A stretch of DNA of 63,206 nucleotides, the filler included, from Octopus bimaculoides (lineage: Eukaryota): assembly GCF_001194135.2 (NCBI RefSeq). It is 4 parts of 4 records of this genome, joined end to end, with 100 filler letters (N's around TTAATTAATTAA, not from the genome) between each part and the next. Parts side by side here need not be neighbours in the genome. Positions count along the whole stretch, not along the records: positions 31,463 to 52,476 come from NC_068984.1; 3 more parts are not named here. One strand, 5' to 3'. The position numbers and the translations under genes are program-made. Under the pieces are notes generated by a model. That model searched no databases. It was not told where the DNA came from and saw nothing but the letters and a program-made list of their open reading frames with translations. Positions 37,430-51,039 of the stretch are shown in pieces (position 1 is the first letter of the stretch; each line of letters starts with the position of its first letter).

Positions 37430-37735
37430 CTTACGATGGTTATCTTCAGTGTGAACTCCACATAGTATGCATCGGTTGTCACATTTTATTGCTTTTCCAA
37501 CACCTCTATCCCATTTGTGCATCTGGTACTTGGTTGATATTTCCTGTTCCAGGATTGCAAACACATGCCCTTCAAAGGAGGAGGTAGTAATCCGGCTATT
37601 GGTCCATGATAAACTGCTTTGATGATCGATGTTACTATCATCATGGAGCTTTCTACTAACATATCCACGCATAGTCTTCTGCTCATATAGGCTCGTCCTT
37701 TCATCTGATGATACGTTGCGATAGAGCCGTGCGAC
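37430..37735 (-). mobile_element. R2/R4-superfamily retrotransposon fragment
   Basis: MRGYVSRKL..D..ID..SSLSW..TTSSFEGHVFAILEQEISTKY..DNRCILCGVHTED resembles the pre-CCHC region of RLE-type elements. Confidence 0.65.
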
Positions 37736-37800
37736 TTCTATGTATGTATGTATGTATGTATGTATGTATGTATGTATGTATGTATGTATGTATGTATAGT

Positions 37801-38084
37801 GGAGGCGCAATGGCCCAGTGGTTAGGGCAGCGGACTCACGGTCATAGGATCGTGGTTTCGATTCCCAGACCGGGCGTTGTGAGTGTTTATTGAGCGAAAA
37901 CACCTAAAGCTCCACGAGTCTCCGGCAAGGGATGGTGGCGAATCCTGCTGTACTCTTCCACCACAACTTTCTCTTACTCTTTCTTCCTGTTTCTGTTGTA
38001 CCTGTAATTCAAAGGGTCAGCCTTGTCACACTGTGTCACGCTGAATATCCCCGAGAACTACGTAAGCGACGGAGTGCCAACAAC
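37801..38084 (+). mobile_element. tRNA-derived SINE, family C, internally deleted
   Basis: tRNA-like head GGAGGCGCAATGGCCCAGTGGTTAGGGCAGCGGACTC..GGTTTCGATTCC. Tail shared with 47295-47472, lacking about 100 bp of it. Confidence 0.8.
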
Positions 38085-38297
38085 AAATGTATGTATATGT
38101 ATGTGTATGTGTTCGTGTGTTTGTGTGAGCGTGCGAATGTGTGTAAATACAATACTTCTACATTTTCTGTAAAAGTACGTTTTGCGTTATAACCCCGCTA
38201 GGTGACATGCTAATCATAGAAATGAGGAATCGCAAACGATCGTTATATCAACCTACTGGAGTCTCAACGAGCTTTCGTACGCGTGCAACTAGCATTC

Positions 38298-38388
<91 letters not shown>

Positions 38389-38939
38389 CTCTCTCAGTCT
38401 TTTAGTCAGTGAATATTTAATATTGCAGATAAAATCTTTTGTCTGCACATATTCAAAGCTACGTTGATGAGCATGAGGCATCATTATAATTGGTGTGAAG
38501 GGAAAGATCTTGTCGGCAGAAACGATGTAAACAAAGTTAATGGCTTTTGTTACGTTGTCGTAATAAAACAACAATGGTTGTTCACTTTGATTATATGGTT
38601 TCTATTAACGTCATTCTTCCATTTTTATTGACAATTAGTGAACAGATATAATTACGTCACACACCATCCCATAATTATTTCTGAGCAACAGCTAGAAATA
38701 ATTAGTTCGGTAGAATAAATTAATTCAGAAGCTTGATGGTGTGCTACACCTAATTTACTACGATTTTCTATCGAACTGAAGTTGTAAGTGCGCACAAAGA
38801 CATACGCGCGCGCGTACAGGCATACATTAGAAGTAGGGATCTTATTGGTTTCGAAGAATGAAATTATCAACAGACTGTAATATCGAATAAATGGTTCAGC
38901 ACTCTTTAGATATTTCTCCTTAGCGTAGAAGTCATAGAC

Positions 38940-39092
38940 ATAGACATGGCTCTGTGGTTAAGAGACTTACTTTCCAACCATTTAGTCATGGTTTCACTCT
39001 CGCTGCGCAGCATCTTTGGCAAATGTCTTCTATTGTAGCCCTGGGCCGACCAAATCCTTGTGAATGAAACGGAAACTAAAAGAAGCCTGTCG

Positions 39093-39095
<3 letters not shown>
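38940..39095 (+). mobile_element. SINE family A, diverged 5' half
   Basis: GGCAAATGTCTTCTATTGTAGCCCTGGGCCGACCAAA...GGAAACTAAAAGAAGCC. Confidence 0.7.
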
Positions 39096-39141
<46 letters not shown>

Positions 39142-39262
39142 AACTATCAATCTAGTTATTTGTTTAGTGGCGGTCTGCCCTTAGTAAGGTCCTGTGCATG
39201 TGAACCTCATCCAGCACTCTATGCAACTTGGGAGGGCTCATACCTTCCTCTGCCACCGTTTT

Positions 39263-39320
<58 letters not shown>

Positions 39321-39350
39321 GCACGCATGTACATTCAGGGAACTGATATA

Positions 39351-40320
39351 TTGGGTTGGCAACTAAGTTCCCGCCAGTTTTTAAAATTTTAATTTTTTAA
39401 AGGTATAATAAAAAATAACAATTAAGTAATCAATAATGTATTCACCCTTGTTGTTTACAACTTCTTCCCAACATTCAACAAGATTTTCAATACCTCATTG
39501 GTAGAAATCACTCAATTTCAACTCGAATAATTGATCTAACTAAGCACTCAATTCTGCATCAGTATTGAACGAAACTCCGCGCATAGCATTTGAAAGAGAT
39601 CGAAAGAGGTGGAAACCCGTTGGTGCCAAATCAGGAGAGTACGATGGGCGTGGCAGCACTTCCCAGCCATGCGTTTGAATGGTTTCCTTGATCATGTTGG
39701 CGATATGAGGAAATTGTGGCTCGTTGATTTTTGTTGTTATTTAAAGCATGCGGAATCCATGCTCCATATGTCTGAACCATTCTTATCGAGTGAAGATGCT
39801 TCTCTATAGCAGTGTGGGAGCATTCCATTTTCTCTGCTAGTTCTCTTGTCGTTTGACGAGAATTTTCGTGCAAAAGTTGGTTTAATCACTCTTCATCGAA
39901 CTCAACTGGACGGCCANNNNNNNNNNNNNNNNNNNNNNNNNNNNNNNNNNNNNNNNNNNNNNNNNNNNNNNNNNNNNNNNNGTGCGTCTTTGAGGTCAAA
40001 TTTTCCATTTTTGAATTTGGCATGCCAATCACGAGCGGTTCTTTCAGCTATGGCACCCTCTCCATACACAGCAAAAATGTCGTGAGCAGCTTTTGCGGCC
40101 TTAGAACCTTGATTAAAAGCAAAAAGATGGAGGTGTCGAAAGTGCACGTTTTTCTTAACTTGATATTCCATTTTAATGAGCTGAAAATAAAGCAAAATTA
40201 ACTAAAATTAACTAGAGATAAATAAAAATGATTCCAAAATGATTCAAAAATAGAATTCTAGAAAAAATAGATTCCAATTTAAAAAAAAAAAAAACAGCGG
40301 GAACTTAGTTGCTAACCCAA
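39351..40320 (-). mobile_element. Mariner (DD34D-type) element, internally deleted, both TIRs present
   Basis: TIR TTGGGTTGGCAACTAAGTTCCCGC / GCGGGAACTTAGTTGCTAACCCAA with TA on each side. ATG 40171 MEYQVKKNVHFRHL..., WIPHAL, then direct jump to ..GWEVLPRPSYSPDLAP; internal stops. Confidence 0.92.
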
Positions 40321-40463
40321 TATAAACAGGAAAAGTATATCCACAGTGATTAAGAACTCAATAAGACGTTAAACTCTTACACGTTATAATATTGCAGTAA
40401 ATATAAGTGGATTATATACATAATAGGCTAACATATATTATAAGGTAAAACGATCCTTTAGAG

Positions 40464-40982
40464 CAGCGGTTCTCAACCAGAACCCATGCGGTCCTTAGGG
40501 GTCCATGTAAGATTTTGTTGTTAACGTTTATGTACAATAAGTTGCTTATACTTCTACAATACACAAAATATTTTTTGTGCAATTCCTAATAATATTCAAT
40601 TATAAAATGCAGTAGGATTTTTTAATATACGTCGAATGGCTATGAAGATCTACCTGAGTAAAATAAAAGATCAAAGGAGTTCATAGGTAAAAAAAAAAGG
40701 TAAAGTTATCTTTTTGAGTCATGCCGACCCACAAGGGTCGGTTTCCCGGTTTCCATGGTGTATAAATTCCCCACCTGGACGGGACGCCGGTCCGTCGCAG
40801 GATTACTCATTTTTGTCAGCTGAGTGGACTGGAGCAACGTGAAATGAAGTGTTTTGCTCCAGAGCACAATGCGTCGCTCGGTCCAGGAATCGAAATCACA
40901 ATCTTACGATCATGAGTCCAATACCCTAACCACTAAGCCACACATCTCCACTCCATAGGCAAAAAATGGTTGCGAGCCACTG
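40464..40982. mobile_element. hAT (Charlie-like) MITE carrying a SINE insertion
   Basis: TIR CAGCGGTTCTCAACC / GGTTGCGAGCCACTG; TSD CTTTAGAG / CTTTAGAA. Confidence 0.85.
40699..40950 (-). mobile_element. tRNA-derived SINE, family E (CORE-like and V-like segments), nested in a hAT MITE
   Basis: Minus head TGGCTTAGTGGTTAGGG..TTTCGATTCC; CCTGCGACGGACCGGCGTCCCGTCCAGG is V-domain-like. Flanks CATAGGTAAAAAA / CATAGGCAAAAAA look like a decayed TSD. Confidence 0.8.
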
Positions 40983-42199
40983 CTTTAGAACATCATATAT
41001 AGAATATAAAGTAAAAACGCATTGATTCCACCAATTGTCCACAACTCTTTCATTAGAAATAAAAATGATTAATTCCATAATTTAGTAATTAAGATAAATA
41101 CTTAAATAATTTAAATTAATTTAAATTAGATTTATTTAAAGCAATGTTCATTCCAGATCATTAAGAGCATTATGAGCTATGTTAATAAGAAAGGCTGCTG
41201 GTTTGAATACAGCCGAGACAGAAAGAAGCTGATATCTGTTGACCTAAGGTAATGTTAGCGTTGTTGGCAGAATCATGATATTTTGCAGCGATTGGGATTT
41301 GTTTTACAAATGGATTTTCCGCTTTACAATTGTCTCGCCAAGTAATTTTTATGAACTTCCGTAAATTCCTCATTATTTCCTGTACTTTCATTTCTCCCCA
41401 ACCCCCTCAAAATTTAAAATATCCGATAAAAGCCCTCTCGTTCCCTGTCACACCCAGCTAGGTATCTTGAAATGCTCACATCATAGGTGCTATCGTTATC
41501 TCTCAATTTCAAATACTACAACTAAAACCGACCCGCAATTTTAGTACCAAATTACTCAGAACCGCACTTTGGTCAGGCTCATTGCATCACATGCGTATTT
41601 TGTCATGAATTTTACATAGGTAGAACTGGACCCCTTTTTATGTGACTGCTTCTGCATATTCCTGAAGTATTCATCCCCACGTTAAGAGCAAACTCATAGC
41701 CTGCTATTTCAATTCATCTGGCCATCTCATCGACCGCTTCTTGTTGCCTGGAGTTTCTGAAACTGAAGTGACTTATTTTCATGCTTAACACCGTCTCACC
41801 TATTGCCTAACTGAACAATTCCCTTTGGCTCCCATGCAGCAAAGCTATCAATAAATGCTTTTCTCGTCGGTTACCCCTTTCATGAGAGAGCTTTAGGCTG
41901 CTTGATTTGGTTGTGTGATTGATACATTTAATGCAAATATACAGTAATTACTCTTGCCAGTTAACTGATTATTTTTTTATGTTTCTGCAAAAAAATTGCC
42001 AACCAGGTAGCAGAGATACCGCGCTACTCAAACAATTAAATGAACAGAATATTTAAGAGTTTTGAATTGTAGATATAGCATACAGAATTTACAACAATAT
42101 TAAGTACAGAAAATCAGTTCCTGGCATACCAGATCTTCTCCCTCTTGTATATACTTATTTCGCATTCAGAAGAAAAATAATTCTTTATTAACATCAGAT

Positions 42200-43600
42200 C
42201 ATTTAAGTAAAACATTTCAAATCTGTTTCATGATTTAGTTTTAACTGAATCATAGGACTGAATCCACAGTCAGCACTAAAAGCTTGCATTGTAACATAGA
42301 TATCAATAACAGTTGACATATCATATGCTTCTATGTAAACAATATGGCATCAATGAATGATTCAAGTTACTTGTAATTTCGTCAGAGATAATACAATTTT
42401 AATTCAATTACTCTTGGCATGTTTTTGTAGCAATGTTTATATATTTATTTCTTACTAAGTACTTTTGTATTACATTTTGTTTCTCTGGCTACCATGGAAA
42501 CCTGAATATTTGGGTCCTATTAACTCAACTTCTAAATGAAATCATGAATTTTCTCTAAATGTAACAATTGAGTTCGTAACCAAATCCAAATCAGAGAAAG
42601 AAGCGCTTTCAATTTTTCATTCCAGTAAACTGCATTCACCAAAATATTGCAATCTTCATTTGCTTCTATTTACCTTGGCGTTGTGCAATTCTGTGTTCAA
42701 ACAAGGTAATCAAAATCTCATTAAGAATACCCAATGAAATTCTATTCGGTGGATCAGGCATAATTTCTCATTAGAGCACTACAGCAAAATTTCTTTAAAG
42801 CTATCGCAAAATTTCCTTAAAGCATTTAGAGATGTAAATAATAACGCAACATATCCTGTAACTCTAATTCTGTAGACTTTCCTTTTGTAATTTTACCAGC
42901 TTAACATTGTATATACTGTAACAGAGTTTCTAAAGTTTGTATGCATCATCCAGCCTCAAATTTTCTCAGTGAAAACACCACTTCTGTAATAGACGCTTTA
43001 TTTCTTTTAGAATTGCTGCTACTTCATTATTTTTCTCATTATAACTCGTGCACCATCTGATGTTAGCATTTCCATCGTTTGAAAGTCAAGATTGTTGTGG
43101 ATGTAAAAATTCTTTACTGCCAATACAATGCTGATTTTTGTCAGTACCAGTTAACTTCAAAATGCCAACTAATACAGCTTTCTAAATGATTCCATTTTGT
43201 AGTCTGCATTTGACTAGCATTGTTTTGGATAGTAATATCTCTACTTTCACCCACGATCAATTTGCAAAAGCAGATTTCTTCAATTCATCTATTACTTCTC
43301 TTTCAACAATAATACTGATTTATTCAACAAATTCAAAAGCATAGTTCTTGCATTGCCATCTTTCAAGAATATTTACATATTTGGCCATGTGTGAATTAAT
43401 TTTTTCAATACATAGCAATGAAATATTTTAACTCGTACAATAACATTGTCAATAAGTATTTTAACAACCATCTCAGTACCAGACTTCTTCCGAGTGTCTT
43501 ACTCTACTCTAGATTTTCGTTCAAGTGTTCAGAGTTTCTCTTAGCATTCTTAAAGTACTGCCTTCTTCAGTTTTCATAATTTGTTGATAAAATCCAAATG
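42200..43600 (-). mobile_element. Highly decayed hAT transposase remnant
   Basis: LTSDGARVIM at ~43040-43070 (T.DGA..M motif); SADCG-FSPM..VKTKS*NRF at ~42220-42285 (dimerisation-domain motif); ends undefined. Confidence 0.5.
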
Positions 43601-43849
43601 ACAGCTTTAGTTGAGATGTCGTTTTAAAGAATCCAACTTACATTCTTACCATTTCTTCCTTGTCAAAAACAAGTACCAGTTCATTATGAAATGAGGTCGA
43701 AACGATTTTTGTGCTAGCTTATAATTATACATACATACATAATACATACATACATACACATATACATGCATGCATACTTACATACAAGCATGCATGCATT
43801 CATACATTCATAGATACGTATATACATGCATACACATTTATATATGTGC

Positions 43850-43946
<97 letters not shown>

Positions 43947-44701
43947 ATATATACATGTATACACACACACATACATACACACACACACACGCACACACAC
44001 ACACACACGCACACACACACACATATATATATGTATATAAGTGTAAACAGAGTTAGCGGTTATAGTAACCGACTAAGGGATATAATATCCGTATATACTA
44101 TCGGTATCCGTTACTTGTATTATCCCCGGAAAATGGTGTGCAGGCACACCATACACGTAGAGTGCAGATAACAACAGAGTTTCATTATATGATATTATTT
44201 TAGTATGTGATTTGGCTTTAAATAATTCTCCGCCTAATTGTAAGTGCCATTTTATTTGTGGATTGTAGACCACCTATACGATGAATTTTGCTTACATACT
44301 TGTATATACCTAACTATTACTACAATTCGATATATACGAGGTTTAGCCCAATTTTATTCCTTAGCAGTGTTTATCTAACCGCTGAATTACCAGTGCAGAT
44401 TCCCTAGTTCTTCCCGCATGCATGTTATAACGTTAAGATGCTGAATGACATAAACGGCCTTCAGTATTTATGCATTGACTTATCCCCCGTATCTTTTTCT
44501 TCTTTCTTTTCGTGTTTATTTCATAAACAAATCCTTTGTAATGATTTTAACTTGCGATCCCACTGGACTTAGACTTGTCTCATTGTGGATCATAGGTGGG
44601 ATTCTCGGTATTAATTTCTGTGAGTAAATTCTTTCTTTAGCACCCTACGATACCAATATTGGTGTGTGTGTGTGTGTGTATGTGTGTGTGTATGTGTGTG
44701 T

Positions 44702-44753
<52 letters not shown>

Positions 44754-44769
44754 CGTTAGTGTGTATGCA

Positions 44770-44929
44770 GTATGCGTGTGTTGAAGTTGTTCGAAGAAAG
44801 TGAGTAGTGAACTGAGGCCTAAGGTGGTGTAGATTCAGAGAGAAAAATCAAACGCAGTTCTCTATGAAATCTAGACTTATTGTAGCTTTTAAGGCAAAGC
44901 CAAACATTTTGGCATGTTTTGTCGAGAGG

Positions 44930-44981
<52 letters not shown>

Positions 44982-45007
44982 TAGAGAGAGAGAGAGAGAG
45001 AGATAGA

Positions 45008-45067
<60 letters not shown>

Positions 45068-45900
45068 AAGAGAACGAGAGTCTTGTTTCTAAGTTGGATG
45101 ACTCGAAGATAATTAGTGAAGCAGTTGGTTTAACCGATTTACAAGGTGTCACAGCGGGGGCAATTTAAGCACGAGATGGTGCAGGTAAAAGTACAGGTGA
45201 AGCAATCAGAAATGTGGAAGGTTCGGTGGTTGGGTTCTGTGGGAGAGGTGGTGATGGTGAGGAATCGACAGGTGTGACAATGGAAGTAGTTAACAGATGT
45301 CTCTGAGATGAATTTCAGGGAATAGTTGAAGTAAGATGACAAATGAGATGAAAGTGTATAATTGTTCGCAGGAGATGAAGGTGACGCCGATACTCTCTTT
45401 TATAAAGCGACGGGTAAAATATGAGAAAATTTGGGCCTCGACTTAGTCAACGAACAATTGGACATAGTTAGGGACCATTCTCGTTTTCATAGCGATCCTA
45501 GATAGATGTCGAGCATAAGTTCGGATAAGCGGGAAACGGTTTGCGTACTGGGTTGAAAGATGATGCAAGTATTAGTGAAGCAAGAGACCATCGTTAGGGG
45601 GAAGGATGACAATGTAGAGGAATTTAATGTCCCTGGGGAAGAGAAGGCGGGTTCTAAGGCATGATTTGGTACCAAAATGGGAGATAAATATCTGAAGGAG
45701 AAAGGATGAGGTCTAGGATGTCGAGTTCGGTCGGGCAGTTACAGAAGGTGACTATAGGGAGGACTGTCAGGTTTATGAATTTTGAAAAGGAAATAGGTGG
45801 TGTTTAGGCAGTGTGAGAAGGGAAGAGGAAGAGAGGAGTTCATGGATATTAGAAGACATACGCTGTTGGAGGGTGGGTGTGAGTTTGGGGAATAGGAGGT
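44770..45900 (-). mobile_element. Degenerate Penelope-like element (RT and GIY-YIG remnants) split by (GA)n
   Basis: FKIHKPDSP..IVTFCNCPTE (~45720-45800); FHISDCFTCT..CLNCPRCDTL*IG*T (~45130-45230); RE.RLIF (~44830-44860). Confidence 0.7.
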
Positions 45901-47055
45901 GATAGGAGGCGGCGTTGCGAAGCTGTCGGGGCATCTCTACCCATTAGATGTCGGCGCACCATTTCACCACAAATACACCCTTTTCAACATCTATATTTTA
46001 TATGAATGATATGTATGTGTGTATATACAGAAGCAAATATGGAGATAAGCAAATTGGACAGATCAATATATAAAGTATATTAAATACATGAAATACAAAA
46101 TATGTATAAATGTATACATATAAAAGGGTCTAATTTACACAGAGTACAAATCATATAGAAAATTAAAGGGGTGCGAGAAAGGTATTACAAATCCAACACC
46201 TGTTTCTGGCGGCTCAGCGATTCATAATAATGCTTGTAGGTAAATTCCACCAGAAAATGCGGCCGTATGGATGCATTTAACGTAGGACGAGACACGCCTC
46301 CGTCTTCAGGGAAGAGATCTTACATTTGAGATATTAAAGCAGAGAACTTCAAAGATGTGTGTGTGTGTGTGTGTGTATATATNNNNNNNNNNNNNNNNNN
46401 NNNNNNNNNNNNNNNNNNNNNNNNNNNNNNNNNNNNNNNNNNNNNNNNNNNNNNNNNNNNNNNNNNNNNNNNNNNNNNNNNNNNNNNNNNNNNNNNNNNN
46501 NNNNNNNNNNNNNNNNNNNNNNNNNNNNNNNNNNNNNNNNNNNNNNNNNNNNNNNNNNNNNNNNNNNNNNNNNNNNNNNNNNNNNNNNNNNNNNNNNNNN
46601 NNNNNNNNNNNNNNNNNNNNNNNNNNNNNNNNNNNNNNNNNNNNNNNNNNNNNNNNNNNNNNNNNNNNNNNNNNNNNNNNNNNNNNNNNNNNNNNNNNNN
46701 NNNNNNNNNNNNNNNNNNNNNNNNNNNNNNNNNNNNNNNNNNNNNNNNNNNNNNNNNNNNNNNNNNNNNNNNNNNNNNNNNNNNNNNNNNNNNNNNNNNN
46801 NNNNNNNNNNNNNNNNNNNNNNNNNNNNNNNNNNNNNNNNNNNNNNNNNNNNNNNNNNNNNNNNNNNNNNNNNNNNNNNNNNNNNNNNNNNNNNNNNNNN
46901 NNNNNNNNNNNNNNNNNNNNNNNNNNNNNNNNNNNNNNNNNNNNNNNNNNNNNNNNNNNNNNNNNNNNNNNNNNNNNNNNNNNNNNNNNNNNNNNNNNNN
47001 NNNNNNNNNNNNNNNNNNNNNNNNGAGTGTGTGTGTGCGTGTGTGTGTGTATGCA

Positions 47056-47121
<66 letters not shown>

Positions 47122-47169
47122 CCAAGCGCGCGCACACACACATACACACACGAACACACACAAAATATG

Positions 47170-48635
47170 CAGGGTGTCTACAAAGTCAATAGACAAATAG
47201 AAAAACATTAAATTTACAATGAAAACTGGATACTGTTGAAATATTTACACTTTATTTTACACTCCTGCCTACTCAGCTGGCAAAATGAGTAGTACCTGTA
47301 TGTCAAAGGGCCAGCCTTGTCACATTCAGTGTCACGCTGAATGCCCCTAAAAACTACGTTAAGGGTACACGTGTCTGCGGAGTGCTCAGCTACTCGCACG
47401 TTAATTTCAAGAGCAAGCTGTTCCGCTGATCAGATCAACTGGAACCATTGTCGTTGTAACCGACGGAGTGCTAGTTATATACAAATAGTTCATGAAGTTC
47501 TATATGGTGCACCATTCGTTGCACGAAGGACATCTAAGTAATATTCAATTTCTGTCTATGTGCTTCTTAACATGTGTTTTTCATTAATAGTCGCAATGGC
47601 AGCAATTATACTTTGCTTAAGGTCATCCAAGTCCTTTACTTTAGTGCGGTACACGATATCTTGCAAGAAAAAAGTTCACGGGTGCTATATCTGGGGAATG
47701 CAGTGGGGAGGGGGCAAGAAATCGGGCCATCTCTTCCTATCAAGCGATCTGGAAACCTTTCATTTAAAAATCCGCGGACGTTTACTCTCCAATGAGGTGG
47801 TGCTCCACCTTTCTGAAATATGACATTTGGATGGAGCTCTTCTAGTGGCATGATGTAGTCTTTTAGAACTTGGTCCAAAAAACAGCTGTTATTGTCTTCT
47901 CCAAAAGGGAAAATGGACAAATATCTTTGTAGCACAAAATTCTGCACCACACATTGACCTTCAGGCTGCTACGTTCAATTTCCCTGTTAATGTGGGGATT
48001 ATTCGATTCCCAGATTTTTGCATTATGCTTGTTAAATTTTCCAGACATAGGGAAGGTTGCTTCATTCGTAAAGTAAATGCGATTATGGAATACATCTTCG
48101 ATTTCTTGCAGAATTGTAACAGAAAATTCTTTTCGTTGCGATTTGTCATTTATCATTATCGCTTGAAATAACTGAGTTTTGTATGCATAAAGCTTCAACT
48201 TCTTATGGAGCACTTTATGAATTGCTGATCATGGTAGTTGCATGGAAGCAGTGCAGATGGACTTAGATGCGGAACGTTGAAATGACTGACGGATATGCTC
48301 AGTATCTTCAAAAGCTCTTGGCCCTTCAGTCCTCGGTTTATGTAGCACTGTCCTCATTTCTATAAATTGCTTATACCAGTCGCGAGCCGACTGATGCACT
48401 GGAGCTTGTTTTCCATATTGAGCTGTGTAATTTCTTTGTGTTTTAATATCCGATAAACCAAAACACACATTGTGTCTTTTCATGTGGAGTAACCATTGTC
48501 CGAAACATAAAAACACAACCTTACTAAAACTATTAATACCATTAAAAAACTCTGATAATATCATTTATTACAAAGAAATATAATATTATTACAAAAATTT
48601 AATTGCTATCTCTTCCAAGTTTTGTGGAAACCCTA
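47170..48635 (-). mobile_element. Degenerate Tc1/mariner element of rosa/DD41D type
   Basis: Three frameshifted ORF pieces: HTH; FTNEATF..N.HNAKIW.S.NP; IFQKGGAPPH..V..FLNERFPDRLIGRDGPI. Decayed TIRs CAGGGTGTCTACAAA / TTTGTGGAAACCCTA. The DD41D label comes from family motif resemblance; the last Asp is not preserved. Confidence 0.8.
47271..47472 (+). mobile_element. SINE fragment (family E body, family C tail) inserted in a DD41D transposon
   Basis: ACTCAGCTGGCAAAATGAGTA matches the reverse of 40803-40825; GTACCTGTA..CAAAGGGCCAGCCTTGTCACA matches 37997-38030. Confidence 0.75.
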
Positions 48636-50189
48636 TATTAAACTAAACGAACGTGTATGTAATTACTTATTTTTCGGTGAAGACACGTAACTTGTGTTTT
48701 TCTTCCAGTCATAAGATAACCAATTTTTATTCTCGTAGTAATCAGTGTAATGAAGTAGCCGGACTAAAAGCGTGACTAGAATTTATTTTCATCTCTCTTC
48801 TTTCTGAGTTCGTATACCTAGTGGTTTTGAATTTCATCCTTCCAGAGTCGATCAAGTAAATACGGAGTACGATTCGAACGATGATACTTATCCCTTGGAA
48901 ATGAGTAGCTTTTCGTTAGTATAACAAAATCTGTATTAAGTTTTTATAGTTACTATGCATTTTGTTTCCAGAGGAGATACTTGCATTTCAGCTTCAAAAA
49001 AGTCCCATACTGTATATCACGAGATAATATCGTCACCTTTGTCTAGAAACGAGGTGACCTGATGAAGATGAGTTAAAGTTTACCTCATAATCAAATAAGA
49101 TCTGAATTTCACGAGCCAAACAGTAATGACCGTCTTTTTCTTCTCTCACAATACTTTAAAGTATTGCTCATAATTAAGGATGCATTAATTATCTTTTAGC
49201 TAACTGATAAAACATTCGACAAACACTTCAAAAGTTAAAGTTAAATGGAAAATACAATTTCCAATTCAGTTTTTAATTTGAAGGCTTTAAATATTTTATT
49301 TACCTTAACCAGCCATTTAATTTTTCAGTTTCGAAACGAGTAATTTTCATTCTTACGTCATCTTGGTTTATTTTTCTGTTTTTGATGTAAAATATTAACA
49401 AAGACTTGACACTCTTTTAAATAACTAAGCATAAAATTAACAATAAGACTGGTACAAGGCCACACATTTTTGTTTTGGTTGGGTAAGATAGTCTGTTGAA
49501 GAGACCCCAATACTTGCCTGGTACTTTAATTTGTCGACGTCCGATGTTCTTATCATTCTGTCAATCGACTGAGAAGAGCAAGATGTAATAATAGTTTCTA
49601 ATTTAAACATAGATCAACAATTTTGAGGGGACGCTAGCATTTGACTAGTACCAATTTTATCGACATCGAAGGGATGGATGACAAAGTTAACTCGATGAGA
49701 TTTGAACTCAAACTGTAAAAAGCCGGGTCAAATATCGCATGGAATTTTCCCCCGACGCTATAAGGATGTTATCAGTTGGCCACCCTTTGAAATGGTTTCT
49801 TATTTAGGCACACAATCAGTAACTGTGGAGGGAAAGGGTCTGTCGAAACCATCGACGCGAGTACTAGACATGAGTTTTATTTTATCGACCCGAAAAGGAT
49901 GAAAGACAAAGTTCATTTGGGTAGGATTTGAACGTTAAATGATTCTGCCAGCTGGCCGCCCTATGGAGTAAGGTGTAATAAGGAGAAAGAGAAAGTATTT
50001 ATAAACACAGTAAATAAGCAAAACTCAGCAGATAGAACAGAATAAAGATAAGTAGATTTTAGACACTCATTCATATGCAGTCTTTATCCTAGCCAAATCT
50101 TTCCCTTCTTCTTTCCTGTCTATTTATGTTTTCTGCCAGTATTTCAAATGCGTTAGCTTTTTTTTAAAATTTTAATTTATTCCTCTCAA

Positions 50190-50353
50190 CCGCCTACACT
50201 TTTTTCTGCAAAATAGGGATAGTTTGTCCTGTTCAGGCTATATTATTAGCATTATCATGTGATTGAGAATTTAAAATCACTTCTTTCTAAGACATCTTAA
50301 CGCTTCTAAAAGCAAATTTCGTTTGTTTGTTTACGATTATCGTAATTTGAATT

Positions 50354-50357
<4 letters not shown>
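50190..50357. repeat. Dispersed inverted copy of the 302-bp unit body
   Basis: Reverse complement of ~4316-4482. Confidence 0.85.
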
Positions 50358-50444
<87 letters not shown>

Positions 50445-50454
50445 ATGAATCGCT

Positions 50455-51015
50455 ACCACGCCAGGCGAAATGCTTAGTAGTATTTCGTCCGTCTTCGTGT
50501 TCTGAGTTCAAACGCCGCTGGGGTCGACTTTGCCTTTCATTTTTTCAGGGTCGATAAATTAAGTACCAGTTTTGCACTGGGGTCGATGTAATCGACTGGT
50601 CTCCGCTCCCAAAATTTCAGGCCTTGTGCCTATAGTAGAAAGGATTATTATTATTATTCAGTGGCCTTATTTTTATCACATGTTTACACTGAACTACCGA
50701 GCACAGCTCTGTGTGCCTTGGGTATTATTATTAGTATTATTATTAGGGCGACAAGCTGGCAGAATCGTTATAATATTATTAATAATAATAATTATTATTA
50801 TTAAGGCGACGAGCTGGCAGTATTGTTAGCACTTCGGGCAAAATGCATAGCGGCATTTTGTTCGTCTTTACTATCTGAGTTCTAATTCCGTTGGGGTCGA
50901 CTTTGCTTTTTGTCCTTTCGGGTTTGATAAAAAGTATCAGTTGAAGACTGGGGTTGATGTAAACGAGTAGTTCCCCCCATCCAAATTTCGGGCCTTGTCC
51001 CTATAGTAAAAGGGA
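50455..51015 (+). mobile_element. Cluster of SINE family B copies (50455-50645, 50747-50770, 50806-51015) separated by (ATT)n
   Basis: Repeated heads GGCGAC(A/G)AGCTGGCAG, B-box and core. Confidence 0.75.
50659..50722 (-). mobile_element. Extremely 5'-truncated copy of the same R4/Dong-like 3'UTR
   Basis: ACTACCGAGCACAGCTCTGTGTGCCTTGGGTA matches 52219-52250; (ATT)n on both sides. Confidence 0.7.
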
Positions 51016-51039
51016 TTATTATTATTATTATGGTTGTCA

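Noticed and set aside
41182-41391. ORF containing WRDNC as a DDE transposase piece
   Set aside because: A single short motif is insufficient.
46275-46320. Minus-strand CTGAAGA-CGGAG..CTC near the Penelope remnant
   Set aside because: GAAA core is absent; at most a dead pLTR trace.
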